Shown here piece after piece: positions 41,146-51,362 of a stretch of 64,000 nucleotides of DNA. Under the pieces are notes generated by a model. The model had not been told where the DNA came from, ran no database searches, and saw nothing but the letters and a program-made list of their open reading frames with translations. The position numbers and the translations under genes are program-made. Position 1 is the stretch's first letter. Every line of letters begins with the position of its first letter. Source of the DNA: Candidatus Omnitrophota bacterium (GTDB taxonomy: Bacteria > Omnitrophota > Gorgyraeia > S143-82); NCBI GenBank assembly GCA_015494465.1, contig WGBD01000002.1:67683-131682 (forward strand), written 5' to 3'.

Positions 41146-42375
41146 TTATACCACCTCAATCCGCCCATAGACACCATCATATCCGGGCCGGACCTTCACC
41201 TTGCCTTGTCTCATCGAAACGATTGCCTTTTGCAGGTCCCTATCCACGAACCGCTCCAGTTCCCTTTCGGGGAGGAATACCAAGAGAGACAGTTCGTCCC
41301 GTCGAGACACCAAGCGGATGTACTCCTCCCTAACCGCCTTGCTCTGCCGACCCCTCCCCCTCACCTGGGAGATGACCTCTATCAGAGGGATCGTCCTCTG
41401 GTATCCGATCTCTCTGCGCCCCTCTTCAGGTCCCTTACGATCCGCAAGCTTCCTGACCCTATGTAACACCCCAAGGGTCAGTTTCTTACCGCAAACCGGA
41501 CAGAGATTCCCCAACCGCTCAGCCTCCTCAGGGGGCAAAACCACCCCGCAGGACCGGTGCCCGTCGTAATGGTATTTGCCCTCTTCGGGAAAGAACTCCA
41601 CGGTAAAGGCAAACCTTTGGGCATCCCCCTTTTCCAATACCTCCCGCAGGGCAAAGAAGTCGAGGGCATCCTGGAAGACACTCGCCTCCCTGCCCAAGGC
41701 AAGGGGAGAGTGGGCGTCGGAGTTGGAGACCAAGGCAAGGCGATCCAGATCGGATAGACACCAGTTCATCGGTGGATCCGAGGAAAGCCCCGTCTCTATC
41801 GCCACTACATTCGGCGGGAGTCCATTGGGGAAGGCCTGGGACAGGGAATCGAAACCCGAACGACTCCCAAAGACCGCATACCACGGCGTCCAGGCGTGGG
41901 CCAGGATCAGGAAACACTCCGGGACGACTCGATGCAACATCCAGGCCATCTCGTCCACATCCAGACGGAGCGTGGGCCTCCCGTCCGCCCGGAGAGTCCC
42001 AAAAGGTGCCAAGGACTGCCTCAGCCTCTCAACGCAGTCGAAGTCAGGGCAATAGAGAAGGGTGTGGACGCGGTAGGTCCTGCCCTCCCGGGAAAAGACA
42101 TTGCTCACCTCTCCACCCAAGACGAATTCCACCCCACCGTAATACCACAGCCCCCTCTTGCTGGCAGGCCGGAGTTTTCGCCTCAAGAGGTCCAACCAGT
42201 CAGGATGGGTGATGTCCGCGGTTGCCAGGAGGTCTATCCCTTTTAGGTGGGCCCAGCGGGAGAGGGATTCCAGATCCATCTCCTTGCTGGTGGCCAGGGA
42301 GAAGGGGGAATGGATGTGCAGGTCAGCGACGAAGTACCCCATACCAATCCCTGACAACGGAAAGGACCTGCTCAA
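41146..42375 (-). CDS. PHP-domain protein, endonuclease Q-like (TIGR00375-like) with C-terminal zinc ribbon
   Basis: N-terminal ADLHIHSPFS PHP motif and C-terminal CPVCGKKLTLG. Confidence 0.5.
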   Translation of the reverse strand: MSRSFPLSGIGMGYFVADLHIHSPFSLATSKEMDLESLSRWAHLKGIDLLATADITHPDWLDLLRRKLRPASKRGLWYYGGVEFVLGGEVSNVFSREGRTYRVHTLLYCPDFDCVERLRQSLAPFGTLRADGRPTLRLDVDEMAWMLHRVVPECFLILAHAWTPWYAVFGSRSGFDSLSQAFPNGLPPNVVAIETGLSSDPPMNWCLSDLDRLALVSNSDAHSPLALGREASVFQDALDFFALREVLEKGDAQRFAFTVEFFPEEGKYHYDGHRSCGVVLPPEEAERLGNLCPVCGKKLTLGVLHRVRKLADRKGPEEGRREIGYQRTIPLIEVISQVRGRGRQSKAVREEYIRLVSRRDELSLLVFLPERELERFVDRDLQKAIVSMRQGKVKVRPGYDGVYGRIEVV

Positions 42376-43423
42376 GGTCCCCGTCGGTCATACCGGCGGA
42401 AAGGGACAACCTCACCCGGGAGGTCCCTTCCGGGACCGTAGGTGGTCTTATGGGAGGACAGAACAGGCCCCTTTCCAGGGCATAGGCATAGAACTCTACC
42501 GCGGTCTCGTCCTCCCCCAAGATCAGGGGGACGATCTGGCTCTCTCCCAACACTCGTGCCCCTTCTACACTCCTCAATTCTCTCCGAAACCGGGCTATCC
42601 TTGCCTGAAATCCTCGTAGATCCAGTCGCCTGAGTATCCGACCCAAGAATGTTTCCACCAAACCCGCCAAGAGGGGAGAAATACCGGTAGAGAATATAAA
42701 ACCCCGACAGCGGTTGACTATCGCATCCATTACCTCCCTTCCCACACACACATAACTGCCCCACAGTCCTATCGCCTTGCCGAAGGTCCCGACGAGCACA
42801 TCCGCATCTTTCACAGAGGGGATCTCCCAGACCCCGACCGAGTGGGCCTCGTCCACATACAGGCGACAGTCAAACTCCCGAGCCAGATCCACTATCTTAG
42901 ACATGGGAGCGAAGTCCCCCTCCATACTGAAGACCGTCTCAGTGATTATCCAACAGGCCTTGGCCTTTGCCCTCTCCCTTTCTAAGGTACGGCGCAGTGC
43001 CTCAAGGTCGTTATGAGGATACCTGCGAAACCTCGCCCCCGACCTCGTTACCCCGTCGACTATACTTGCGTGCACCAACCTGTCCATTACCACCAGATCT
43101 CCCTCGGAGACGAGGACGGGTATCAGGGTGGAATTTAATTGATAGCCCGAAGGAAAGAACAAGGCCTCCCCGAACCCCCTCCAACTCGCCCAGGCCCGCT
43201 CCACTCGACGGATAAGGGCGTCGTTGCCCGAGAGCAGGCGGGAGGCACCGCTGCCAACCGGACCGTCCCAATCCCTCAGGGTATCCCTGTACTCCGGGGC
43301 CCAAGACAGGGAAAGATAATCGTTGGAGGCCAGATTGAGGATCTGTCGACCGTCTATCCAGATCCACTTGCCCTGATGCCTGTCGATGGGATACAGGGCC
43401 CTTTTACGAGGAGCCGATGTCAT
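42323..43423 (-). CDS. bioF: Class II aminotransferase, 8-amino-7-oxononanoate synthase-like (BioF/KBL family)
   Basis: GSGASRLLSGN, DEAHSVG and TFGKAIG blocks typical of alpha-oxoamine synthases. Confidence 0.6.
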   Translation of the reverse strand: MTSAPRKRALYPIDRHQGKWIWIDGRQILNLASNDYLSLSWAPEYRDTLRDWDGPVGSGASRLLSGNDALIRRVERAWASWRGFGEALFFPSGYQLNSTLIPVLVSEGDLVVMDRLVHASIVDGVTRSGARFRRYPHNDLEALRRTLERERAKAKACWIITETVFSMEGDFAPMSKIVDLAREFDCRLYVDEAHSVGVWEIPSVKDADVLVGTFGKAIGLWGSYVCVGREVMDAIVNRCRGFIFSTGISPLLAGLVETFLGRILRRLDLRGFQARIARFRRELRSVEGARVLGESQIVPLILGEDETAVEFYAYALERGLFCPPIRPPTVPEGTSRVRLSLSAGMTDGDLEQVLSVVRDWYGVLRR

Positions 43424-44285
43424 CTTTCTGCAGGGATTCGGAGAGCTCGGGTGTCTCCCTGTCCAAGAACTGCCTGAGTTTCTCTATCGCCCTCTTTTCT
43501 ATGATCCGTGCCCCCTCCCGGGTCACGCCCAGCTCGTCGGCGATCTCCTGAAGGGTACGCGGTTTGCCGTCTTCGAGCCCAAAGCGCATGTTAAGGACCT
43601 TCCTCTCCTTCTCCGAGATGTTGTCCATTGCGCTCATCACCGCGTCGAAGTCGATGCGCCTCTCGATCTCCTCCTTTACATCCTCCTCCCGCATGGAGTC
43701 CACCAGATCCCCCAGCTCGGTGTCCCTGCTCTCCCCGACCAAGACATTCAAAGAGGTCGTCGACTCGCGCCAGGTCTTAAGCTGTTTCAGCCGAGAGAGG
43801 CTTATCCCCATCTCCTTGGCGAGCTCCTTGTCCGTGGGTTCCCGGCCCAACTTGTTGCTCAACTCCGCCTCCACGGACTTTAGTTTTAGGAGGAGATTGT
43901 TCACATGGACCGGTATGTGCAGGGTGCTGGAGGCCCGCATCAGGGCCCGAATGATGGACTGCCTTATCCACCAGGCTGCGTAAGTGGAGAAACGAAACCC
44001 CATGTCCGGGTTGAACTTATCAACCGCCCTTAAGAGGCCGACATTCCCCTCCGCAATAAGGTCGGAGAAGGAGAGCCCCAGTCCCATGTAGTGCTTGGCC
44101 ATGCTCACCACCAAACGCAGATTGGCCTGGATCATCTTATCCCGGGCCTTGGGATCCCCCTGCGCCACCTTGCGGGCGAGTTCCTTTTCCTCCTTCTCGG
44201 AGAGGACCTTGGAAAAGGACTGGACCTCTTTCATGTAGTGCTTCAGGGCGTCCATAGACTTGATTATATCGGGACAGGTAAACAC
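43404..44285 (-). CDS. Sigma-70-family RNA polymerase sigma factor (RpoD/RpoS-like, regions 1.2-4)
   Basis: Region 2 motif NLRLVVSMAKHY...FSTYAAWWIRQSI and region 4 ELGVTREGARIIEKRAIEKLR. Confidence 0.8.
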   Translation of the reverse strand: MFTCPDIIKSMDALKHYMKEVQSFSKVLSEKEEKELARKVAQGDPKARDKMIQANLRLVVSMAKHYMGLGLSFSDLIAEGNVGLLRAVDKFNPDMGFRFSTYAAWWIRQSIIRALMRASSTLHIPVHVNNLLLKLKSVEAELSNKLGREPTDKELAKEMGISLSRLKQLKTWRESTTSLNVLVGESRDTELGDLVDSMREEDVKEEIERRIDFDAVMSAMDNISEKERKVLNMRFGLEDGKPRTLQEIADELGVTREGARIIEKRAIEKLRQFLDRETPELSESLQKDDIGSS

Positions 44286-44392
44286 CTGTCAAACCTTTAA
44301 CCCGTCTGATTCCCTGCCCCTTTTCACTTGAATGGCAGGACAATTCTGTGTATTTTATTTATTCAAACCCAAAAAGAAAGAGGAGGATTCAT

Positions 44393-45604
44393 ATGAAAAG
44401 GATAGGCATAATCACCAGCGGAGGCGACTGCGGGGGACTCAACGCGGTGGTGAAAGGCGCAGCCCTGATGGCCCACAAACTCGGCATAACCGCCTACGTC
44501 ATACCCAACGGATACGCAGGTCTCTACAATCTGCTAGACTTCTCCGCAGACGAACTGGTAGCCCTGAAACCGGAAAGGGCGGACTTCATAGACGCCAGCC
44601 TTGCGGGTTCAGAGGCAGGGCACTCCCGGGTGAAGATAAAGAAGATAGAAGATCCCAACAAGTACGAGAGGATAAAGGCAGGGCTTAAGAAGTTCCAGAT
44701 AGAGGGGCTAGTGATAAGCGGTGGCGACGACACCGGCAGCGTAATGGTTGACCTCACCGAGCACGGGATTAACTGCGTCCACGCCCCCAAGACCATGGAC
44801 CTGGACCTGCAGACCTACTCGGTGGGAGGAGACTCCGCAATCAATCGCATCTCCACCTTCGCCCAGGACCTAAAGACCACCGGACGCACCCACAACCGGA
44901 TAATGGTCGTAGAAGTATTTGGGAGGTATGCGGGGCATACCGCATTCAGGGGCGGGATCGCAGCGGACGCAGACGCAATACTGATACCCGAGATACCCAC
45001 CGACTTCGATGTACTGTACCAGCACTGCAAGAGCAGGTACTTCGACCGCATATTCAACTCCGACGTGAAGGCAGGAACATACCTGATAATAGTTGCCGAA
45101 GGGATAAAGGACGCCTCCGGGCGGGAACTGGTGGACGAATCCGCCGGAACCGATGCCTTCGGGCACAAGAAACTGGCGGGCGCAGGTAAGTATGTGTGCC
45201 AGGAGCTGACCAAGCGATTCAAGGCGGATCCTGAGATCCCCGAACTCATGAAGAAGGCCCGGCTCTATGTGCCGGGAATATACGAGATCCCCGAGGTGCG
45301 CGATGTCCGTCCGGGGCACTTGGTAAGGAGCGGGCGGTCCTCCGCCTACGACGTAAACTTCGGTAAAGAGGTGGGAGGCGCTGCGGTGCTCTTGCTAAAG
45401 CAAGGGATAACCGGTGTAACCGTGGTGGGCGTCTACGGAAAGGAGATCCGCTACATCCCCACCAGCGAGGCCATAAAACAGAGGCATGTGGATCTGGATC
45501 AGGTCGCATTCCACGAACAGCAGGGGGTATGTTTCGGTAGGAAGACACCCGACTACGAGGCGACCTTCACCAAGGTCACCGGAAAGATAGACAGGTACAT
45601 GTAA
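44393..45604 (+). CDS. pfp: Pyrophosphate-dependent 6-phosphofructokinase (PfkA family)
   Basis: N-terminal GIITSGGDCGGLNA. GGDDTG (Asp in place of the ATP-type Gly) and PKTMD (Lys) are PPi-type signatures. The start is set at the ATG following AGGAGG rather than the upstream ATG of the ORF track. Confidence 0.75.
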   Translation: MKRIGIITSGGDCGGLNAVVKGAALMAHKLGITAYVIPNGYAGLYNLLDFSADELVALKPERADFIDASLAGSEAGHSRVKIKKIEDPNKYERIKAGLKKFQIEGLVISGGDDTGSVMVDLTEHGINCVHAPKTMDLDLQTYSVGGDSAINRISTFAQDLKTTGRTHNRIMVVEVFGRYAGHTAFRGGIAADADAILIPEIPTDFDVLYQHCKSRYFDRIFNSDVKAGTYLIIVAEGIKDASGRELVDESAGTDAFGHKKLAGAGKYVCQELTKRFKADPEIPELMKKARLYVPGIYEIPEVRDVRPGHLVRSGRSSAYDVNFGKEVGGAAVLLLKQGITGVTVVGVYGKEIRYIPTSEAIKQRHVDLDQVAFHEQQGVCFGRKTPDYEATFTKVTGKIDRYM

Positions 45605-45618
45605 AGGCCAAATTTTGC

Positions 45619-45647
45619 TTGACACTCCAAGGACAATGTCTTAATAT
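45619..45647 (+). promoter_or_regulatory. Sigma-70 promoter for rplM-rpsI (TTGACA, 17 nt spacer, TAATAT)
   Basis: -35 at 45619-45624 and -10 at 45642-45647, about 35 nt upstream of the rplM ATG. Confidence 0.5.
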
Positions 45648-45681
45648 GTTCAATTCAAGTGATTGAATGCAGGGAGTCGCT

Positions 45682-46113
45682 ATGAAAAAGACATTTATGC
45701 TCAGAAAAGAAGACGTGAATCGGAAGTGGTACATAGTCGACGCCAAGGGGAAGACCTTGGGCCGATTGGCGTCCAAGATAGCCACCATCTTGAGGGGTAA
45801 ACACAAACCCGAGTGGACGCCCCATGTGGACTGCGGTGACTACGTAATCGTGATAAACGCAAAGGATGTGGTGGTCACCGGAAAGAAGGCGGAACAGAAG
45901 ATCTACCAGAGGTACTCCGGCTACCCCGACGGACTGAAAGAGACCAAGTTCAAGGACATGATAAAGAGAAATCCCAACTATGTAATACGACACGCGGTAT
46001 GGGGTATGCTCCCCAAAGGCAGGTTGGGACGGAGGATCTTCAAGAAACTCAAGGTATTTGCCGGCCCGGAACACGACCACATTGCCCAGAAACCTGAACC
46101 ATTAGAGGTGTAA
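45682..46113 (+). CDS. rplM: 50S ribosomal protein L13
   Basis: N-terminal [31 protein letters not shown]. Followed immediately by rpsI. Confidence 0.9.
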   Translation: MKKTFMLRKEDVNRKWYIVDAKGKTLGRLASKIATILRGKHKPEWTPHVDCGDYVIVINAKDVVVTGKKAEQKIYQRYSGYPDGLKETKFKDMIKRNPNYVIRHAVWGMLPKGRLGRRIFKKLKVFAGPEHDHIAQKPEPLEV

Positions 46114-46114
46114 G

Positions 46115-46522
46115 ATGAGCATTGCCACCGAGAAGAGGTCCGTATACCACGCAGTCGGTAAGAGAAAGACCGCAATAGCAAGGGTCTTTCTACAGGAAGG
46201 TAAAGGCCGAATAAAGGTAAACGGCAAGGATTTTAAGGAGTACTTTCCTGTCGAGACCTTACAGATACTTATAACCGCACCCTTGAAGCTGGTCGGTAAG
46301 GAATCTGCCTTCGACATAAAGGCGAACATCCAAGGCGGAGGCATAAAGGGGCAGGCAGAGGCCCTGAGATTGGGGATATCCCGAGCCTTGGTACAGTACG
46401 ACGAGACCCTCAGGCCCGCCTTAAGGGATGCAGGCTTCCTTACCCGCGACGCCCGGGTCAAAGAGCGCAAAAAGTACGGTCAGCGCGGGGCCCGCAGGAA
46501 GTTCCAGTGGGTCAAGAGGTAA
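46115..46522 (+). CDS. rpsI: 30S ribosomal protein S9
   Basis: Ends in the universal S9 tail ...KYGQRGARRKFQWVKR. Confidence 0.9.
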   Translation: MSIATEKRSVYHAVGKRKTAIARVFLQEGKGRIKVNGKDFKEYFPVETLQILITAPLKLVGKESAFDIKANIQGGGIKGQAEALRLGISRALVQYDETLRPALRDAGFLTRDARVKERKKYGQRGARRKFQWVKR

Positions 46523-46913
46523 GGAGCTCTTTCAGGGGAATCAAAACGAAGTCCCTCTCTTCTATCCTCGGATGAGGTATTATCAGCTCTGGCAGGCTCA
46601 ACTTCAGGTCGTCGTAAAAAAGTATGTCTATGTCTATGGTGCGGGGGGCGTTGTTTCCCTTCTCCTTACGGCCCATAGCCCGCTCGATCCCCTCCAGTCG
46701 GCGTAACAAGGCAAGCGGATCCAGCAAGGTGTAGACCTCCGCCACCGCGTTTACGAAGTCCGGACCAGCGTTATAGCGGGCGGGATTGTAGTAGAACGAA
46801 GAGACCTTACCTACCGAGGTAAAATCCAATCGGGATATGCGAAGTAGGGCCTGACGGATGTTCTCTTCCCGCGGACCGAGGTTACTCCCCAGCCCCAAGA
46901 TCACCCTGCTCAT
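46512..46913 (-). CDS. folK: 2-amino-4-hydroxy-6-hydroxymethyldihydropteridine pyrophosphokinase
   Basis: N-terminal ILGLGSNLG and the motif RTIDIDILFY. Confidence 0.85.
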   Translation of the reverse strand: MSRVILGLGSNLGPREENIRQALLRISRLDFTSVGKVSSFYYNPARYNAGPDFVNAVAEVYTLLDPLALLRRLEGIERAMGRKEKGNNAPRTIDIDILFYDDLKLSLPELIIPHPRIEERDFVLIPLKELLTS

Positions 46914-48102
46914 CTATCAGGTGCCCCAGTTTCTTCTTCTTCGTCTCCAGATAAAACCGGTTTTCCTTCTTTATCCCGACCACCAAAGGCACCCTCTCCA
47001 CTACCTCCAGATCGTATCCCTGCAGACCCACTATCTTGCGGGGGTTGTTGGTCATAAGCCGTATCTTCCTCACTCCAAGGTCCTTCAGTATCTGGGCACC
47101 GATCCCGTACTCCCTCAGATCCGGAGGAAATCCCAAGGCCACATTGGCATCCACCGTATCCATTCCCTGATCCTGCAGGTGATAGGCCCTTATCTTGTTG
47201 CCCAAGCCTATTCCCCGGCCCTCCTGGGACATGTACACGATAATTCCCCTGCCATCCTCTGCCACCTTCTCCATGGCGGAGTGCAACTGATCCCCGCAGT
47301 CGCACCTGCGGGAATGAAATATGTCCCCAGTCATACACTGGGAGTGCACCCTCACCAATACCGGCTCGTCCTCCTGCCACTGCCCCATCCAGAGGGCCAT
47401 GTGCTCCTTACCGTCTATAAGACTGCGGTATATGGCCACATTGAATTCGCCAAAGTCGGTAGGCATCTTGGCCTGGGCGACCTTTTCTATCAACTTCTCC
47501 CGCTTCCTGCGGTATTCAATGATCTCCGCTACCGAACACATAGACAGGCCGTGCCGTTTGGCAAACTCTCTCAACTGAGGGAGCCTTGCCATGGATCCAT
47601 CCTCGTTCATTATCTCGCATATGACCGCCACCGGAGGCAGTCCCGCCAGTTTCATAAGGTCAACTGCCGCCTCGGTGTGCCCGGCCCTGACCAGCACCCC
47701 TCCCGGGACCGCCCGGAGAGGGAAGACATGACCGGGGCGCACCAGATCCTCGGGACGGGAGTTGGGGTTGCATAGCACCTCGATGGTTCGGGCCCTGTCG
47801 TAGGCGGAGATGCCGGTAGTAATACCCCTGGCTGCATCAACCGACATCGCCCAAGCGGTAGCAAACTGGTCCCGGGAGTAATCAGGAGGATTGAGAAGCG
47901 GGATGTCCAAGCGCCTGAGGTATTCCTCGGTCATCGGGACGCATATCAGCCCACGGCCCTCCTTGGCCATAAAGTTTATCTTATCCGGGGTGGCGTAGAT
48001 CCCAGCAACCACCAGATCGCCTTCGTTTTCCCGATCCTCGTCGTCTACGACGATGACCAGTTTGCCCGCCTTTATGTCCTCTATAACCTTCTCTATGCTC
48101 AT
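46882..48102 (-). CDS. ribBA: Bifunctional 3,4-dihydroxy-2-butanone-4-phosphate synthase / GTP cyclohydrolase II
   Basis: RibB N-terminus (DDEDRENEGDLV) and the RibA Cys cluster (CDCGDQ). 406 aa. Confidence 0.9.
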   Translation of the reverse strand: MSIEKVIEDIKAGKLVIVVDDEDRENEGDLVVAGIYATPDKINFMAKEGRGLICVPMTEEYLRRLDIPLLNPPDYSRDQFATAWAMSVDAARGITTGISAYDRARTIEVLCNPNSRPEDLVRPGHVFPLRAVPGGVLVRAGHTEAAVDLMKLAGLPPVAVICEIMNEDGSMARLPQLREFAKRHGLSMCSVAEIIEYRRKREKLIEKVAQAKMPTDFGEFNVAIYRSLIDGKEHMALWMGQWQEDEPVLVRVHSQCMTGDIFHSRRCDCGDQLHSAMEKVAEDGRGIIVYMSQEGRGIGLGNKIRAYHLQDQGMDTVDANVALGFPPDLREYGIGAQILKDLGVRKIRLMTNNPRKIVGLQGYDLEVVERVPLVVGIKKENRFYLETKKKKLGHLIDEQGDLGAGE

Positions 48103-48204
48103 GTTAAGGGAATTTTAACACAAAATTTAGATCAAAGATAGACGACAAGAGCCAATTAATTAACGGAAAAACCGGGGAAAAATCAATCGGAAGGGAACCT
48201 CAAA

Positions 48205-48280
48205 TGCGCCTGGACGGATTCGAACCGCCGCAAGACGTGCCTTAGGAGGGCACCGCTCTATCCTACTGAGCTACAGGCGC
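48205..48280 (-). tRNA. tRNA-Arg (anticodon CCT)
   Basis: Reverse complement reads GCGCCTG-TA-GCTC...GAGC-G-GTGCC-CTCCTAA-GGCAC...GGCGG-TTCGAAT-CCGTC-CAGGCGC-A. Confidence 0.75.
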
Positions 48281-48282
48281 AT

Positions 48283-48459
48283 CTATTCCAGGGTTATGGC
48301 CTCTACCGGACAGGCGCTCACGCAGGCCCCGCAGTCCACGCAGGTAGAGGGATCAACTTTTGCCTTGCCGTTGTCCTGCATCGTGATGGCGCCAACCGGA
48401 CAAGCAGCAACGCAGGCACCACAGCCAACGCACTTTTCCTCGTTTACCACTGCCGGCAT
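48283..48459 (-). CDS. 2[4Fe-4S] ferredoxin (58 aa), absent from the ORF track
   Basis: Translation MPAVVNEEKCVGCGACVAACPVGAITMQDNGKAKVDPSTCVDCGACVSACPVEAITLE has two CxxCxxCxxxCP motifs. SD GGAGG lies 6 nt upstream of the ATG. Confidence 0.8.
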   Translation of the reverse strand: MPAVVNEEKCVGCGACVAACPVGAITMQDNGKAKVDPSTCVDCGACVSACPVEAITLE

Positions 48460-48478
48460 CTGAGACCTCCTTTTAAAA

Positions 48479-48556
<78 letters not shown>

Positions 48557-48636
48557 TCCGTAGGAATGAATAATACCACTTTTGAAACCAAAAATCAATA
48601 TGGTTTAGAAGATATCCCACTTATTCTCTTTGCCCA

Positions 48637-49407
48637 TTACAACACATCCTTGACGATCAAAAGAAAGGAGACAAAGAGCAAGACTATACCGAACACCAAC
48701 CTCACCCCTCTGGGCCTTAATCGATTCGCCATAAACCGAGATCCCAATTGGCTCCCCAACAACACCGACAGCACGCACGCTGACCACAACAACCAGTCGG
48801 GTTTAGCAGAGATCGCTATGTGGGAGACAAAGCTCGACAGACCGGAGAGGGTCACCACGAAAGCAGAGGTGGCAGCCGCGGTCTTGGGATCCAATCCAGC
48901 GATAAAGAGCAGAGGCACCACGAAACTGCCTCCGCCTCTGCCGATAAGCCCGGCAAAGAATCCCAGCACACTGCCACCCACCACTCCCAGCACTAACCTG
49001 GCCCGCGGTGAGGATACGCCCTTAGACGGCCTCCAACCCGACAACATAAGCACCGCAGCGGTGGCGGTGAAGAGGGCGAATATCAATATAACGACCTTGG
49101 TGGGCAGATGGAGATTTGCCAGGGTCCCGAGCGGGGCGAACAACACCATCGTGATCCCAAACGGCAGGGCAACCCTCCACTCTATAAGGCCCTTACGGGC
49201 GTAGGTCACAGAAGCGGAGGCGGAGTTTACTACATTAAGGAGCATACCCAAAGGAATCGCCTGGGTCTTAAAATCGAGTCCCATCCAGAAGAGTATGGGG
49301 ATGTACAACTGAGAACCACCCATACCAAGCATTGAGAACACAAAAGCTATGACGAAAAACAAGCCCGGGACCACTATCAGTTGCATAATCTTTACTCCCC
49401 TATTCAA
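48637..49407 (-). CDS. TauE/SafE (DUF81) family anion exporter
   Basis: 256-aa polytopic membrane protein with a two-fold internal repeat and Gly-rich TM motifs ([18 protein letters not shown]). Confidence 0.75.
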   Translation of the reverse strand: MNRGVKIMQLIVVPGLFFVIAFVFSMLGMGGSQLYIPILFWMGLDFKTQAIPLGMLLNVVNSASASVTYARKGLIEWRVALPFGITMVLFAPLGTLANLHLPTKVVILIFALFTATAAVLMLSGWRPSKGVSSPRARLVLGVVGGSVLGFFAGLIGRGGGSFVVPLLFIAGLDPKTAAATSAFVVTLSGLSSFVSHIAISAKPDWLLWSACVLSVLLGSQLGSRFMANRLRPRGVRLVFGIVLLFVSFLLIVKDVL

Positions 49408-50063
49408 CCCTCATATCCCGAACAAGGGATGCAGACGAGGTCGCCCTCTCTCGTAACCCTCAACTTATCCACGAACACCATCTCTCCGCACTTAGCGCAG
49501 GGCCTAATCTCAAACATCCCCTCGCCCTTTTTCACCTCTACCTCTTTTACTTCTCCGATGTCTAAGAAGGCCTCCTCCGGCAGGCTCATTATCTTATCGA
49601 CCAAGGGATCTACTATCTCCGGCGGGATCTCCTGCGGAGGTATGCCCTGCTTACGCCTCTGCACGAACGGAGAGTTAATCGCCTTGGCGAAGAAATCCGG
49701 CTTCAAGGACACCCGAACAGATTTTCCTTGCCGAGTATCTATAAGGGTGAAGGCCATCTTGTTGTAATACAACTTCTGCACATTGGACTTACCGTAAGTA
49801 GCACCGGTTACTACCATAATCCCATCCAAAAAGCACCCTGCTGCGTGCCCCTTGCCCGTCTCCGATATCACGATGAGCTCCTTATCCTGGGCCCGCTCCG
49901 AACCCAATACATTCATCGCTGCAGCGCCGGCCCGCAGGCCCATTGGCATAGCGGGGCACTTGTGCCCGTGGAACCTTAGGGCCAAGTCCAGAAAATCCTT
50001 TGCATCTACCATCTCATACCTCCCTTTGTTAATAACAAAGCTAACCACACCCTTCGTATTCAA
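49404..50063 (-). CDS. FmdE-family protein with C-terminal zinc ribbon
   Basis: [15 protein letters not shown] motif of FmdE domains and C-terminal CAKCGE...CIPC. Confidence 0.7.
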   Translation of the reverse strand: MNTKGVVSFVINKGRYEMVDAKDFLDLALRFHGHKCPAMPMGLRAGAAAMNVLGSERAQDKELIVISETGKGHAAGCFLDGIMVVTGATYGKSNVQKLYYNKMAFTLIDTRQGKSVRVSLKPDFFAKAINSPFVQRRKQGIPPQEIPPEIVDPLVDKIMSLPEEAFLDIGEVKEVEVKKGEGMFEIRPCAKCGEMVFVDKLRVTREGDLVCIPCSGYEG

Positions 50064-50964
50064 ACTGGAAGGTACTGTGATTTATCCCATACTTTCCCTT
50101 AAGCAATCTATCCAGGGCCTCTTTTGTTTCTTTCGTCTGGCTTACTTTTAGATCCTCATCCAGATTAATGTGGGCCTCAAAGTGAATATCTTTTGGGGTA
50201 AGGCTCCACATGTGGATGTGGTGAACATCTTTGACCCCGGGTATCTGTTGAATATCTCTGCGCACCGCCTCTAGAGAAACACCTTTGGGAGAATAAAGCA
50301 TAAGAACATCCAGGGCATCAAGAAACACAGAAACCGCAAGCTTTATAATGTAACCCCCTATAATTATTGCCAACACTGCATCCACCCAAAATGTATGAAA
50401 GAAATACATAGATATTCCTCCGATAAAGACCGAAACAGATACCAACGCATCCGCAAACAGGTGGAGAAAGGCAGAACGGATATTCATATCGTTATGGGAA
50501 TGGCCCCTAAGCCAAAACGCACACAAAAAATTCACCATCATCCCAATCAGAGCAATGACCACCACGAAAACACTCTTTATAGCAACGGGATGCAGTAACC
50601 TGAACACCGCTTCCTTGATTAAAAACAGAGATACAATCATCAACAAGATAGAGTTCAGAAACGCAGCCATTACCCCAGCCCGTTTATGCCCAAACGTCCT
50701 TTTATCACTCCTTCCTTCCTTCTCGAGATTAAAGGCAACAAGGCTTATTATCAGAGAGACCGTATCCGTAAAATTGTGCAGGGCATCGGTTATAATGGAC
50801 AGACTGCCGGAGAGGAATCCTCCCGCCAGCTGAATGGCCGTAACAGATAAATTCAATACTACAGACCAGATTAATTTCTTGCCTGCGTCTTTGATATCAT
50901 TATCGTGATTATGCATGGTCCGTTCTTCAATCCACTTTTTGAACCTCACATGCCCCACCCTCAA
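50041..50964 (-). CDS. Cation diffusion facilitator (CzcD/ZitB-like) metal efflux transporter
   Basis: 6 TM, a His-rich N-terminus (MHNHDND), the CDF signature [14 protein letters not shown], and a C-terminal cytoplasmic domain. Confidence 0.85.
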   Translation of the reverse strand: MRVGHVRFKKWIEERTMHNHDNDIKDAGKKLIWSVVLNLSVTAIQLAGGFLSGSLSIITDALHNFTDTVSLIISLVAFNLEKEGRSDKRTFGHKRAGVMAAFLNSILLMIVSLFLIKEAVFRLLHPVAIKSVFVVVIALIGMMVNFLCAFWLRGHSHNDMNIRSAFLHLFADALVSVSVFIGGISMYFFHTFWVDAVLAIIIGGYIIKLAVSVFLDALDVLMLYSPKGVSLEAVRRDIQQIPGVKDVHHIHMWSLTPKDIHFEAHINLDEDLKVSQTKETKEALDRLLKGKYGINHSTFQFEYEGCG

Positions 50965-51226
50965 TCCTTATCGCCTTGGCGTTCACCAAGGCGTCGGTTA
51001 CCTTCCTGTGGGCGGACTTTAGGGTGCGGGAGACGGTAGAGCGATGGATACCCATCCTCTTCCCTGCCTCCTCTTGGCTCAATCCCTCCAGATGCACCAA
51101 CCGAAGCACCTCAAACTCGTCCAAGGACAAGACGACGCCCTCCAATTCGTCAACGCGCCTACACCGCGGTCGAAAACACCTCTCCTTGGGACTGCACCTT
51201 ATCCAACGGGGCTTCTTGGGCCTCAA
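50927..51226 (-). CDS. DUF134-family predicted DNA-binding protein (sigma-70 region-4-like HTH)
   Basis: 99 aa with an N-terminal Cys-rich segment (CSPKERCFRPRC) and an HTH LSQEEAGKRMGIHRSTVSRTL. Confidence 0.65.
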   Translation of the reverse strand: MRPKKPRWIRCSPKERCFRPRCRRVDELEGVVLSLDEFEVLRLVHLEGLSQEEAGKRMGIHRSTVSRTLKSAHRKVTDALVNAKAIRIEGGACEVQKVD

Positions 51227-51362
51227 CTACTCCTCCTTCAAACAATTATGCACATATGTGCATAATATTTTAGTACTCATAAGCATAGACATCAAGCAAA
51301 AACCTTCTTCACTGCTCACCCGGGGAGGGGAAATAAAACAGATTCTTCCAGAAACATTTATC

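Noticed and set aside
44348-44392. Upstream ATG start for the phosphofructokinase ORF (MYFIYSNPKRKRRIHM…)
   Set aside because: The in-frame ATG at 44393 has an AGGAGG SD 6 nt upstream and begins the conserved PFK N-terminus (MKRIGIITSGGD). The extension has no homology.
48103-48204. Possible FMN riboswitch (RFN element) upstream of ribBA
   Set aside because: Only ~100 nt separate ribBA from tRNA-Arg, and the conserved RFN core sequences (GGGGCAGGGTGAAATTCCC-like) are absent.
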